Source: an uncultured Chloroflexia bacterium (GTDB lineage Bacteria > Chloroflexota > Limnocylindria > Limnocylindrales > CSP1-4). Taken from it: DNA of 64,000 nt. Below are positions 28,179 to 37,317 of the stretch, in pieces; position 1 is the stretch's first letter; each line of letters starts with the position of its first letter. The translations under genes and the position numbers were made by a program. The notes under the pieces were generated by a model, which worked only from the letters and a program-made list of their open reading frames with translations, ran no database searches and was not told the origin of the DNA. The stretch is taken from positions 128,001-192,000 of the forward strand of contig CAVRGP010000002.1 of NCBI GenBank assembly GCA_963720755.1, read 5' to 3'.

Positions 28179-30791
28179 CTACTCGTGATGACTGGGTGCG
28201 ACAGCCGCCCCGCCGTGTTCGTGCCCGTCGCCGCGAGCCTGCCCGTGCCCGTTGCCGTTGGTCGCGACGCCCGTCACCGTCGGCGGCAGCATCGGCAACA
28301 TCCGCGCCGTGTCGATGAGCCGGCCCTGCTCGGCCGCCCTCGTCGCCCAGTCACGCTCTCGCCGGATGTAGGTGACTTCCGTTTCGCGCTCCACCGCGGC
28401 GATGGCCATCAGGTCGATCATCGGCTGCGACCGGCTGGTGTGTGAGAGCTCGAAGTCCGCGCCATCGCGGAGCGCGTCGTACGGGCAGGCATCGACGCAG
28501 ATGCCGCACAGGATGCAGCGACTCTCGTCGACGTCGTACTTCTGCAGGACCCGTGGCTTGGGCATCAGGGCGCCGGTCGGGCAGGTCTCCGCACAGCGGC
28601 CGCAGGAGACGCACGGGGTGTCGTTGAGGCTCATGTCGAGCGGCGTGGTGACGAGCGTGTCGAAGCCGATCCGCATGAAGTCGTAGCAGGCCGCGCCGAC
28701 GACCTCCGAGCAGACCTGGGCGCATCGCCCGCAGTCGATGCAGCGTGACGGTTCACGCAGGATGAAGGCGTGGGAGTCGTCCCGGATGTAGTCGTGGTTG
28801 ACGCCCGTGAACCGGTTCTCCGTGACACTCCGGAAGCCCGCGCCCGCGTGATGTTGCGGTTCGAGTGTGGGCAGGGTCGTCCCGTACTCGATCCCGAGCC
28901 GGCGCAGGTCGCAGAAGCCGATCGCTTCGCAGGTGCACTGGAGGCAACGGGTGGACTCGGCGACGGCGTCCTCGCGGGTGTACGGCAGCTCGTACTCGAC
29001 GTAGGAATGGTTCCGTTCCTCGGCCTCGAGCGCGCTCAGCCGGTAGCGCGGCGTCTTGGCTTCGCTGGTGAACGGCACGATCGACAGGAATTCAGGCTGC
29101 GGTTCAGCCAGGGTCTGCCGGGTCCGGATGGCCGACAGGTCGAGGCCCTTGAGATAGGCATCGACCGCATAGGCGGACCGTCGACCTTCGGCGATGGCCT
29201 GGACCACCGTCGCCGCGCCGATCCGGACGTCGCCGGTACCGAAGACACCGGGACGGCCCGTCTCGAACGTCACGGCATCGGCCTTGAGACGGCGCTGCCG
29301 GGTCGCCTCCGGTCCCTCCGAGCCAGGCCCGATCCAGGTCAGATCCGGGCCCTGACCGATGGCCAGCAGGACGCGATCGCAGGGGATCGTGAACTCCGTG
29401 CCCGGCGCCGGTTCCGGGCGTCTCCGGCCCGAGGCATCCGGCGCGCCGAGGGCCATCCGGATGAACTCGACGCCGGTCACCGTCCCGTCGTCGTCCGTGA
29501 TGACCCGGACCGGACCCGCCTGGAAGATGGCGGTGACACCTTCCTCGATCGCTTCGTGGACCTCGTTGGAGGCCGGCATGTCCTTCATGTCGCGGCGATA
29601 GACGAGGGTGACCTCGGCGGCGCCCTGGCGGATCGATGTCCGTGAGCAGTCCATCGAGGTGAACCCGCCACCGATCACGACGACCCGCTTGCCGGCGTGA
29701 TCCGGATACGGGAGCCCGAGCGTCGCGGTCCGCAGGTACTCCAGTCCGTCCAGGCACTCGGCCGCGTCCTCGCCCGGGATCCCGAGCTTGTTGGTGTCGT
29801 AGCAGCCGATCGCGACGACGACTGCATCGAACCCCTGGAAGGTCAGGTCGTCGAGCGTGAAATCCGTTCCCAGGCCGGCGTTGCAGACGATCTTGCCGCC
29901 CAGCCGGGTCACCGACTCGTACTCCGCCTCGAGGACCTCGACCTTCGGCAGGCGATATTGCGGGATCCCGTACCGGAGCATGCCGCCCGGGGCGGGGTCG
30001 CGCTCGAACACGGTCACGTCGTGACCGGCCAGGAGCAGGTAGAAGGCGGCCGACATCCCGGCCGGGCCGGAGCCGATGACCGCGGCTCGACGACCGGTCG
30101 GGGCCTGCCGTTCGAACGGCAGCGGTGGATCGACATCCTCGTCGAGCATCGCCTTGAGGACCTGATCGCCGGCATAGCGGTGGCTGTCGCGGATGGCGAT
30201 CGCCTCGTCCACCTCGTCACGCCGGCAGTGCTCCTCGCACGGGGCAGGACAGACCCGCCCGAGCACGCTCGGGAACGGGATGGTCCGCTTGAAGATCCGG
30301 GTGCTCTCGCGCCAGTCGGCCTCGGCGTTGGCCTTCAGGAACCCGGGGATATCGATATGGCTCGGGCACTTGTTCTGGCAGGGCGGCAGGCAGTAGGCGT
30401 TGTGGTCGGAGAAGATCAGCTCGAGGTTCGTCCGGCGGAGGCGCCGAAGCTCGTCGGTCTGTGTCTGGACCTTCATCTCGGGCTCGCACGTGCGCGAGCA
30501 GGAGATCGGCGGATGCTCCTCGCCTTCGACCTCGACCACGCACATCCGGCACGCCCCGAAGCCGGGCAACTTCGGCTCGTAGCACAGCGTCGGGATCTCG
30601 ATCCCGTTGTCGCGGCAAACCTCCAGGATCGTCTGGCCCTCGAAGCCCTCGACGACCCGGCCGTCGACTTCGATCCGGATGGGCAGCGAGGATTGCGGGC
30701 GCTGCGGCGACTGCGTATCGAGCAGGCGCTCGGCCAGCGACTCCGGCTCGATCGCGGAAGTGGCGTCGGGGCGTGTCATCAGGTCAGCCAT
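28179..30791 (-). CDS. Fe-S flavoprotein: NuoG-like N-terminal clusters + GltD/SfrB-type FAD/NAD(P)H domain + C-terminal half of NuoI
   Basis: 2Fe-2S IPTLC..GACRMCVVE..SC; PCQNKCP, GRVCPAPCEEHC; GSGPAG; GGGFTSMD..YRR; RCLQCTC..C; CIDCGRC, CVSCGRCAETCP; final YDVDESRCILCGICVDACPYDAL..DFEL. Confidence 0.85.
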   Translation of the reverse strand: MADLMTRPDATSAIEPESLAERLLDTQSPQRPQSSLPIRIEVDGRVVEGFEGQTILEVCRDNGIEIPTLCYEPKLPGFGACRMCVVEVEGEEHPPISCSRTCEPEMKVQTQTDELRRLRRTNLELIFSDHNAYCLPPCQNKCPSHIDIPGFLKANAEADWRESTRIFKRTIPFPSVLGRVCPAPCEEHCRRDEVDEAIAIRDSHRYAGDQVLKAMLDEDVDPPLPFERQAPTGRRAAVIGSGPAGMSAAFYLLLAGHDVTVFERDPAPGGMLRYGIPQYRLPKVEVLEAEYESVTRLGGKIVCNAGLGTDFTLDDLTFQGFDAVVVAIGCYDTNKLGIPGEDAAECLDGLEYLRTATLGLPYPDHAGKRVVVIGGGFTSMDCSRTSIRQGAAEVTLVYRRDMKDMPASNEVHEAIEEGVTAIFQAGPVRVITDDDGTVTGVEFIRMALGAPDASGRRRPEPAPGTEFTIPCDRVLLAIGQGPDLTWIGPGSEGPEATRQRRLKADAVTFETGRPGVFGTGDVRIGAATVVQAIAEGRRSAYAVDAYLKGLDLSAIRTRQTLAEPQPEFLSIVPFTSEAKTPRYRLSALEAEERNHSYVEYELPYTREDAVAESTRCLQCTCEAIGFCDLRRLGIEYGTTLPTLEPQHHAGAGFRSVTENRFTGVNHDYIRDDSHAFILREPSRCIDCGRCAQVCSEVVGAACYDFMRIGFDTLVTTPLDMSLNDTPCVSCGRCAETCPTGALMPKPRVLQKYDVDESRCILCGICVDACPYDALRDGADFELSHTSRSQPMIDLMAIAAVERETEVTYIRRERDWATRAAEQGRLIDTARMLPMLPPTVTGVATNGNGHGQARGDGHEHGGAAVAPSHHE

Positions 30792-30798
30792 GGTCGCC

Positions 30799-32124
30799 TC
30801 ACGAGATCGCACCGGCCGCCACCGCGATCGGGTGGCAGACGCCGGCCGGGCAGGCACTGCGCAGGATGTGCTCGTCCAGCTCGGAACGGAAGTATCGCAT
30901 CCCGCTGCTGAGCGGAAGCGTCGTCAGTCGCTCGTGGTCGCACAGCGCCGATGCCACGATATCGTCCGAGAGGTCGGCGAGGAGCGCCGGGTCGGTCGGT
31001 CGCGGGCGGCCATCGACGATGCGGTCGGCGATCTCGGACAACCGCCGGGTCCCGATCCGACACGGGATCGTCTTGCCGCACGCCTCCCCGGCGCAGAACC
31101 GGGTCAGAAGCCGGGCGAGGTCCACGATGCAGGTCCGGTCGTCGGCGGCGACCACCGACCCAGAGCCGATGTGGGCACCGGCGTCCCGCAACGGCGCGAA
31201 TGCGTAGGGCGTGTCGAGGAGTCCCGGTGGCAGGATGCCACCGGATGGGCCCCCGACCAGGATCGCCTTGAGCGATCGGCCGGCGGGCAGGCGGCCACCG
31301 AGTGCGACGATGTCCCGGAGCGGCGTCCCGAGGGGTACCTCGGCGATCCCTTCTCCGGACGTCGCCCGGACCTGGACGAGGATGGTGCCCGGCGCATCCG
31401 GAGCACCGATCGCCGCGAAGGCCTCCGACCCGTGGATGACGATCCAGGGGACCGTGGCCACGGTCTGGACGTTGTGGACGACGGTCGGCAGCCCGAACAG
31501 GCCCCGCTCCGCGGGATGCGGCGGCCGCTGCTCGGGCTGGCCGCGCTTGCCCTCCAGCGCCTTGAGCAGAACGGTCTCCTCGCCGAGCATGTAGGCGCCC
31601 TGCACCGGCCGGACCGTCACGCCGATGTCGTGACCGGATCCAAGGACGTCGATACCGATGAACCCGGCGTCCTCGGCGGCGGCGATCGCCGCGGTCAAGG
31701 TGCGGATCGCCTCCGTCGCTTCGGTCCGAACGGCGATGATGACCTCGGCGGCGCCGGTGGCGAACGCCACGATCGCGGCGCCCTCGATGACGGCGAACGG
31801 GTCGCGTTCGAGCAGGAACCGGTCCGTCCCGGTCGCCGGGTCCGCTCCGTACCCGTTGACGACCACGTACCGGCGAGGCGCGTCGGTGGTCGCGGCCGTC
31901 CGCCATTTCGTCGCGGCCGGGAAACCCGCACCGCCGCGGCCGCGCAGTCCGGACTGGTCGATCATCGCGATCGTCGCGGTCTCCCCGAAGTTCCGGATCA
32001 CCCGGCGGAGGGCATCGAACGCGCCGGCCCGGGTCGCGGCGTCCAGATCGATCGGATCGGATGCGTCCACCCGACCGAGCAGGATCGTCGGCCAGGCCGC
32101 CGGTGTGGTGAAGCGTTCGACCAT
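30799..32124 (-). CDS. nuoF: NuoF-like subunit with degenerate flavin/NADH and N3 motifs
   Basis: SGLRGRGGAGFP..KW, GAYMLGEET..LEG, PTVVHNVQT, GGPSGG, CGKTIPCRIG. Confidence 0.85.
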   Translation of the reverse strand: MVERFTTPAAWPTILLGRVDASDPIDLDAATRAGAFDALRRVIRNFGETATIAMIDQSGLRGRGGAGFPAATKWRTAATTDAPRRYVVVNGYGADPATGTDRFLLERDPFAVIEGAAIVAFATGAAEVIIAVRTEATEAIRTLTAAIAAAEDAGFIGIDVLGSGHDIGVTVRPVQGAYMLGEETVLLKALEGKRGQPEQRPPHPAERGLFGLPTVVHNVQTVATVPWIVIHGSEAFAAIGAPDAPGTILVQVRATSGEGIAEVPLGTPLRDIVALGGRLPAGRSLKAILVGGPSGGILPPGLLDTPYAFAPLRDAGAHIGSGSVVAADDRTCIVDLARLLTRFCAGEACGKTIPCRIGTRRLSEIADRIVDGRPRPTDPALLADLSDDIVASALCDHERLTTLPLSSGMRYFRSELDEHILRSACPAGVCHPIAVAAGAIS

Positions 32125-32128
32125 CGTC

Positions 32129-32788
32129 CTACGCCCTCCCCGGTCCGCCGAGGGCCGCGTCGAGCGCGCTCAGATAGGTCGCCTCGGAGGGTCGGTGGGC
32201 GTCCATCGCGGCCGCCTGGACGGTCGCATCCGCGGGTTCGAATCGGAGGTGATGGTAGTACGTCGCGGTCCCGTAGATCATCGCGTACCAGGCACCCGTG
32301 CGCTGGCTGATCCGCTTGAGCGCCGCCACAGGAAGGTAGCCGTAGACCGACTGGGCCGCCTCGAGGATCTGGAGCATGTGCGCGGGATCATGGTCGTATT
32401 CCTCGAGGATCCCGTCGACGGCCGCCAGGTCGACGGGGGCGAACGGCACGTACACACGATCCGGGACGGGGCGGCCGGAGCGGCGGAGCGCAGATTCCTC
32501 GCGCCGCTCGCCGTAGGTCTCGGGGGCGCCCCAGTGGACGTGGAACCGGCCACGCGTGTCCACCCCGCCCATGTCGATGCACTCGATCGGGCAGGCCTGT
32601 GCGCACTGGAAGCAGGTCTCGCACTTGAGCGTGCCCCACTCGTCGTACAGCAGCTGCAACCGGCCACGGAACTTGGGCGGCGGATCCCGGCGGTCCTCGG
32701 GATACATGACGGTGACCTTGGGTTCGACGAACCGACGCAGGGTGAGGGCCATCCCCTTGGCGATACCGAGACCGGGCAGGAGGCTCAT
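32129..32788 (-). CDS. Fusion of the NuoI N-terminal half and the NuoE N-terminal helical domain
   Basis: GMALTLRRF..VTVMYPE..FRGR..CETCFQCAQACP (single ferredoxin motif), then LQILEAAQSVYGYLP..IYGTATYY with no 2Fe-2S cysteines. ATG 32788 overlaps the nuoH stop. Confidence 0.85.
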   Translation of the reverse strand: MSLLPGLGIAKGMALTLRRFVEPKVTVMYPEDRRDPPPKFRGRLQLLYDEWGTLKCETCFQCAQACPIECIDMGGVDTRGRFHVHWGAPETYGERREESALRRSGRPVPDRVYVPFAPVDLAAVDGILEEYDHDPAHMLQILEAAQSVYGYLPVAALKRISQRTGAWYAMIYGTATYYHHLRFEPADATVQAAAMDAHRPSEATYLSALDAALGGPGRA

Positions 32789-34134
32789 CAGGGATTCCCG
32801 CTCACGATGACGATGGCCGCGGCGGTCACGAACAGGTTGAGCAGCGCTGCCGGCAGCATCCACTTCCAGGCGAAGTCCATGAGCTGGTCGATCCGGACTC
32901 GGGGCAGGGTCCCGCGCATCCACACGAAGGTGAAGACGAAGACATAGGTCTTGCCCAGGAACCAGAGCAGGCCCGCGACCCAGTCGAGGCCGATATAGGC
33001 CACCGCTCCGATGACCGCGACCACGAACAGGTTGGCGAGGACGAACCCGCCGATCAACGCCTGCCAGCCCTTGACCCGGGCGCTGACCATCCAGATCGGT
33101 GCCGCGAAGGCGAAGGTCAGGATGAGCGGCACGACCGCGACGAGGATGAGCAGGCCGACCCCGAGTTGCCCCGGGTCCAGGGACAGGGTGACGTCCCACG
33201 GCCACGGGACCGGTGCGTTCCAGCCGCCGAAGAAGAGGGTCACGGTCAGGGCGGAGATGATGAAAACGTTGACGTACTCGGCGAAGAAGAAGAACCCGAA
33301 GCGCATCCCGGAGTACTCGGTCGCGAACCCTGCCACGATCTCCGAATCCGCCTCGGTCAGGTCGAACGGGGTCCGGTTCGCCTCGGCCGTCGCGGCGATG
33401 AAGAAGATCAGGAACCCCAGGGGCTGGCGGAACACGTACCAATCGGTGAACCAGCCACCCTGGTTCAGGACGATCTGGTTGAGGCTGAGCGTGCCGGCAA
33501 GGAGGATCAGGCCGACGACCGACAAGGTCAGCGGGATCTCATAGCTGATGACCTGGGCCGCGGAGCGCAGGCCACCCAGCAGCGAGTACTTGTTGTAGCT
33601 CGACCAACCGGCCATCAGCAGTCCGACCACCGACAACCCGCCGATGGCGAAGAAGTAGAGCAGTCCGAGGTTCAGGTCCTGGCCGAAGAACCCGGGCGCG
33701 AACGGGATGACCAGGAGGGTCATGACCGCCGCCAGGTAGGTCACCACCGGCGCCCAGGTGAACACGATCGGATCCGCTCCGGTCGGGGTGAAGTCTTCCT
33801 TCATCAGGACCTTGAGCCCGTGGACGACCGACAGCAGCGAACCGGCCGGACCGACCCGATCCGGGCCGATGCGCAGGTTCATCAGGGCGATGATCTTCAT
33901 CTCCATGTAGATGATCAGGAACGCGGTCGGCACGGTGATCAGGAGGATGGCCGTCACCGCCACCACGAAGCGGACGATGGGCAGGTTGTTCGCCGCGAGA
34001 TCGACGAGCGGACCACCGAGAAGCACGATCGTGACGACCAGCGCGCCGGTCAGCACGACCAGGATCGGGATCATCGTGAAGATGATCTTGCCGGGCAGGG
34101 TCAGCCGGCTCCAGGATCGCCCGACGACCGTCAC
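32788..34134 (-). CDS. nuoH: NADH-quinone oxidoreductase subunit H (extended)
   Basis: RIGPDRVGP, KED, GWSSYNKYSLLGGLRSAAQVISYE, EANRTPFDLTEADSEIVAG, RGTLPRVRIDQL. Confidence 0.95.
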   Translation of the reverse strand: MTVVGRSWSRLTLPGKIIFTMIPILVVLTGALVVTIVLLGGPLVDLAANNLPIVRFVVAVTAILLITVPTAFLIIYMEMKIIALMNLRIGPDRVGPAGSLLSVVHGLKVLMKEDFTPTGADPIVFTWAPVVTYLAAVMTLLVIPFAPGFFGQDLNLGLLYFFAIGGLSVVGLLMAGWSSYNKYSLLGGLRSAAQVISYEIPLTLSVVGLILLAGTLSLNQIVLNQGGWFTDWYVFRQPLGFLIFFIAATAEANRTPFDLTEADSEIVAGFATEYSGMRFGFFFFAEYVNVFIISALTVTLFFGGWNAPVPWPWDVTLSLDPGQLGVGLLILVAVVPLILTFAFAAPIWMVSARVKGWQALIGGFVLANLFVVAVIGAVAYIGLDWVAGLLWFLGKTYVFVFTFVWMRGTLPRVRIDQLMDFAWKWMLPAALLNLFVTAAAIVIVSGNP

Positions 34135-35351
34135 TTATCGACCCCGCCCATGATCGGGTCCAGGCTGGCCATGATCGCCATGGTGTCCGCGATGAGGTGG
34201 CCGGGCATCATCAGCCCGACCGACTGGAGATGGATGAACGACGGATCGTGGATCCGCATCCGGAATGGCTGGTCCGTCCCGTCGCTGATGGCGTAGGTCG
34301 AGTACTGGCCGCGCGGCCCTTCGACGGCGGCATAGGCGCGGCCCGGGCGCGGACGCATCAGCCGGGGCAGTTTGGCCATGACCGGACCGTCCGGCATCTG
34401 GTGCAGGCACTGGTCGATGATCCGGAGGCTCTGCTTGATCTCGTCCATCCGGAGCAGGTAGCGGGCCAGGCAGTCGCCTTCCGAACGCGTGGGGATGTCG
34501 AATTCCAGCTCCGGGAAGACGCTGTAGGGATGGGCCCGGCGCATGTCGAACGGAACGCCGGTCGCCCGCAGGTTCGGGCCGGTCATGACCATCCGCAATG
34601 CGGTCGCTGTGTCGATCCGGCCGAGCCCGCGCATCCGCCGGACGAAGATCTCGTTCTCGTTGAGCAGCGCGTTGCCCGACTCGATCTGCTCGGTGGCCTT
34701 CGACATCCAGTCGCCCAGCCGGCTCATGAAGTCGTGGTTCAGGTCGCCGTTGACGCCACCGATCCGGAAGTAGTTGAACAGCATCCGCTGGCCGGTCAGC
34801 GAGGCGAGCAGGTCGACGATCTCGTCGCGCTCGATGAACGACCACAGGATCGGCGTCAGGCCGCCCAGGTCGAGCGCCATCCAGCCGAGGAAGAGGGCAT
34901 GGCTGGCGATCCGGTTGAGTTCCGTGGAGAGGACCCGGATGTATTCGGCCCGGCGCGGGACCTGGACGTCCATCAGCTTCTCGAAGGCCAGCACGGGCGC
35001 CCATTCGTTGAACAGCGAGCTCACGTATTCGAGCGGGTCCGTGTAGCAGATCGCCTGGTGATAGTCGGCGTTCTCGCACAGCTTCTCGACCCCGCGGTGC
35101 AGGTAGCCGAGGACCGGGTCGAGGTCGACCACCTTCTCGCCGTCGAGCTTCAGGACGACCCGCAGGACGCCGTGGGTGGACGGGTGCTGCGGACCCATGT
35201 TGATGAACATCTCGCCGTCGCCGAGGGTGTAGAACTCGGCCTCGCGCTCAGTCCGCGGCGGGTACGGCGGGACCGGCTCGAAGACGCCCAGATCCCGGTC
35301 GAGGGTGACCCTGGGATCGTCCGTGGACTGGTGCGGGACGGAGGTGCGCAT
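34131..35351 (-). CDS. nuoD: NADH-quinone oxidoreductase subunit D
   Basis: NMGPQHPSTHGVLR, GYLHRGVEK, ELNRIASH, EGPRG, SLDPIMGGVDK. Confidence 0.95.
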   Translation of the reverse strand: MRTSVPHQSTDDPRVTLDRDLGVFEPVPPYPPRTEREAEFYTLGDGEMFINMGPQHPSTHGVLRVVLKLDGEKVVDLDPVLGYLHRGVEKLCENADYHQAICYTDPLEYVSSLFNEWAPVLAFEKLMDVQVPRRAEYIRVLSTELNRIASHALFLGWMALDLGGLTPILWSFIERDEIVDLLASLTGQRMLFNYFRIGGVNGDLNHDFMSRLGDWMSKATEQIESGNALLNENEIFVRRMRGLGRIDTATALRMVMTGPNLRATGVPFDMRRAHPYSVFPELEFDIPTRSEGDCLARYLLRMDEIKQSLRIIDQCLHQMPDGPVMAKLPRLMRPRPGRAYAAVEGPRGQYSTYAISDGTDQPFRMRIHDPSFIHLQSVGLMMPGHLIADTMAIMASLDPIMGGVDK

Positions 35352-35359
35352 CGGCTCGG

Positions 35360-35908
35360 TCAGCCTCCCGTCCGGCGGACCAGCGCCGTCGTCGGGGCAT
35401 TGCGCGGCGCGTGCGTTCGCTCCATCGGCCGGACCCCGCCGCCGGGAGAGCGGGCCGCATCATCCGCGAGGTAGAAGTCCTTGCGCAGCGGGAAGCTCTG
35501 GTAGTCGGGCGGCATATAGATCCGGCGCAGGTCGCGGTTGCCCTCGAAGGTGATCCCGAACATGTCGTAGGCCTCGCGTTCCATCCACTCGGCGCCCTTC
35601 CACAGGAAGGTCACCGACGGCACGCGGGGATCGTCGCGCGACAGGCCGTCGGCCGTCACCCGCAGCCAATCCGGTGTGGTCTCGCTCCACAGGTGATAGA
35701 CCACCTGCATCACCTGCCCCGTGTCCACCCCGGCGAGGTCGCTCAGGAACTCGAACCGGAGATCGCGCTCGTCGTGCAGGGCGCTCATGACCGTGACGAC
35801 ATCGCCCGCCCCGATGCGCATCTCGGTCTCGTCGTGACGCTGGCGGATCGGACCGGTCAGGGATTCCCCGAAGCGAGCCTCCAGTCGCGCCTTGAACTGG
35901 CGGTCCAT
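35360..35908 (-). CDS. nuoC: NADH-quinone oxidoreductase subunit C
   Basis: DLAGVD, VVYHL, PSVTFLWKGAEWMEREAYDMFGI, FPLRKDF. Confidence 0.93.
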   Translation of the reverse strand: MDRQFKARLEARFGESLTGPIRQRHDETEMRIGAGDVVTVMSALHDERDLRFEFLSDLAGVDTGQVMQVVYHLWSETTPDWLRVTADGLSRDDPRVPSVTFLWKGAEWMEREAYDMFGITFEGNRDLRRIYMPPDYQSFPLRKDFYLADDAARSPGGGVRPMERTHAPRNAPTTALVRRTGG

Positions 35909-35910
35909 GC

Positions 35911-36612
35911 TCAGACGTCCTCCGGAACGGTCGGACCGATGGCCCGGTCCGGCCAGTGGCCGCGGCGCTCCTTGACCAGCTGCTGGAGCTTCATCATCCC
36001 GTAGATGAGACCCTCCGGCCGCGGTGGGCAACCCGGCACGTAGACGTCGACGGGCATGACCCGGTCGATCCCCTCGACCGTGCTGTAGCTCCGCTTGTAG
36101 CGGCCGCCGGAGCAGGTGCAGTCACCCATCGCCACACACCACTTGGGCTCCGGCATCTGCTCCCACAACCGGACCAGCGGTCCGGCCATCTTGGTCGTCA
36201 GGGTGCCCGCCACGATGAGGACGTCGGCCTGGCGGGGGCTGGCCCGGAACGGGAACATCCCCCAGCGATCCATGTCGTTCTTGGACGTGGCGGCCGACAT
36301 CATCTCGATGGCGCAGCAGGCCAGGCCGGACAGGAGCGGCCAGAGGCTGTTCATCCGGATGAGGTCCAGGACGTAGTCCGCCTTGGTCGGGATCACCTCG
36401 AGTGCGCCGCTCCACCGGGCGTCGTCGTGACGTCCCAGCCCGCTCGCCGCGTACTCCCGCAAGTGGGTGATGTCGCTCTCTCGCCCACCGTCGTAGGCCT
36501 CGGGATCCGCCGCCTGCCAGAGCGTGTTCGGCACCACGATCGGCACGATCAGGTCGGACGCGGTGTCGGTCACCGCGGGGAGGTCGCGTCCTTCGTCCGG
36601 CTTCAACGCCAT
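35911..36612 (-). CDS. nuoB: NADH-quinone oxidoreductase subunit B
   Basis: [39 protein letters not shown]. Confidence 0.96.
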   Translation of the reverse strand: MALKPDEGRDLPAVTDTASDLIVPIVVPNTLWQAADPEAYDGGRESDITHLREYAASGLGRHDDARWSGALEVIPTKADYVLDLIRMNSLWPLLSGLACCAIEMMSAATSKNDMDRWGMFPFRASPRQADVLIVAGTLTTKMAGPLVRLWEQMPEPKWCVAMGDCTCSGGRYKRSYSTVEGIDRVMPVDVYVPGCPPRPEGLIYGMMKLQQLVKERRGHWPDRAIGPTVPEDV

Positions 36613-36959
36613 GTCAGAGCACCCTTCCGCCAGGCGTATGCGAGTCCGAGCAGGAGGATCGCGACGAAGACGAGCATGCTCGCGAGACCGCCAAGCAGGA
36701 TGTCCCGGAAGGCGATCGCCCACAGGTAGATGAAGATCACCTCGATGTCGAAGGCGACGAAGAGCAAGGCGTAGATGTAGAACGACAACCCGAATCGGCC
36801 GTGGGTGTCGCCATACGTATCGATCCCGGATTCGTAGGGCAGGCCCTTGTGCTCATCACCGCGGTTGCGATGGGAGATGAGCCACGCGGCGCCGATCGTC
36901 AGGAAGACGAACGACACGCCGGCGAAGGCGAACCCCACGACGTACCAGATGCCGGTCAA
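36603..36959 (-). CDS. nuoA: NADH-quinone oxidoreductase subunit A
   Basis: [29 protein letters not shown] start after GGGAG. Confidence 0.93.
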   Translation of the reverse strand: MTGIWYVVGFAFAGVSFVFLTIGAAWLISHRNRGDEHKGLPYESGIDTYGDTHGRFGLSFYIYALLFVAFDIEVIFIYLWAIAFRDILLGGLASMLVFVAILLLGLAYAWRKGALTWR

Positions 36960-37173
36960 CCGAACTCCCTTCGAGCGACACGCCCGGGCTGGCGCCGCTA
37001 GCTCGGGGTCTTTGCGGAGCGCACAGTCATACCCGGTGCGACTGGGCTGTCCCTCTCGGCATTCTAGCGTGGACGGCGGCGTGCCGCGGTCGTCATCTCA
37101 CGAGGGGATTCGGCCTGCGGGCGGGTGGACTCGGCGCCCGGATCCTGGGTCGGCCGGCATCGGCAGCATGTTC

Positions 37174-37240
37174 GGGGAGCGGCGCGTGCCGAGCGCGCGT
37201 GCAGGACCGCGCGCCGCTCCCCATCGGTCGTGCCCGACCG
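37174..37240. repeat. Two adjacent inverted repeats in the midA-nuoA intergenic region
   Basis: GGGGAGCGGCGCG (37174-37186) pairs with CGCGCCGCTCCCC (37210-37222). CGGTCG-tgcc-CGACCG at 37225-37240. Confidence 0.6.
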
Positions 37241-37317
37241 TCGCAAAGCGTGCGGTTCGGACGGCGCGCGCTGCAATAGGCAGAACGCCCTAGCGGCCCG
37301 TGGCCGCGGGCGCCGCG

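Noticed and set aside
28179-30791. [FeFe]-hydrogenase or formate dehydrogenase catalytic subunit
   Set aside because: No H-cluster motifs and no molybdopterin domain. NuoD also lacks the NiFe CxxC motifs.
36960-37317. Rex operator upstream of nuoA
   Set aside because: No TTGTGAA-N4-TTCACAA-like palindrome is visible.
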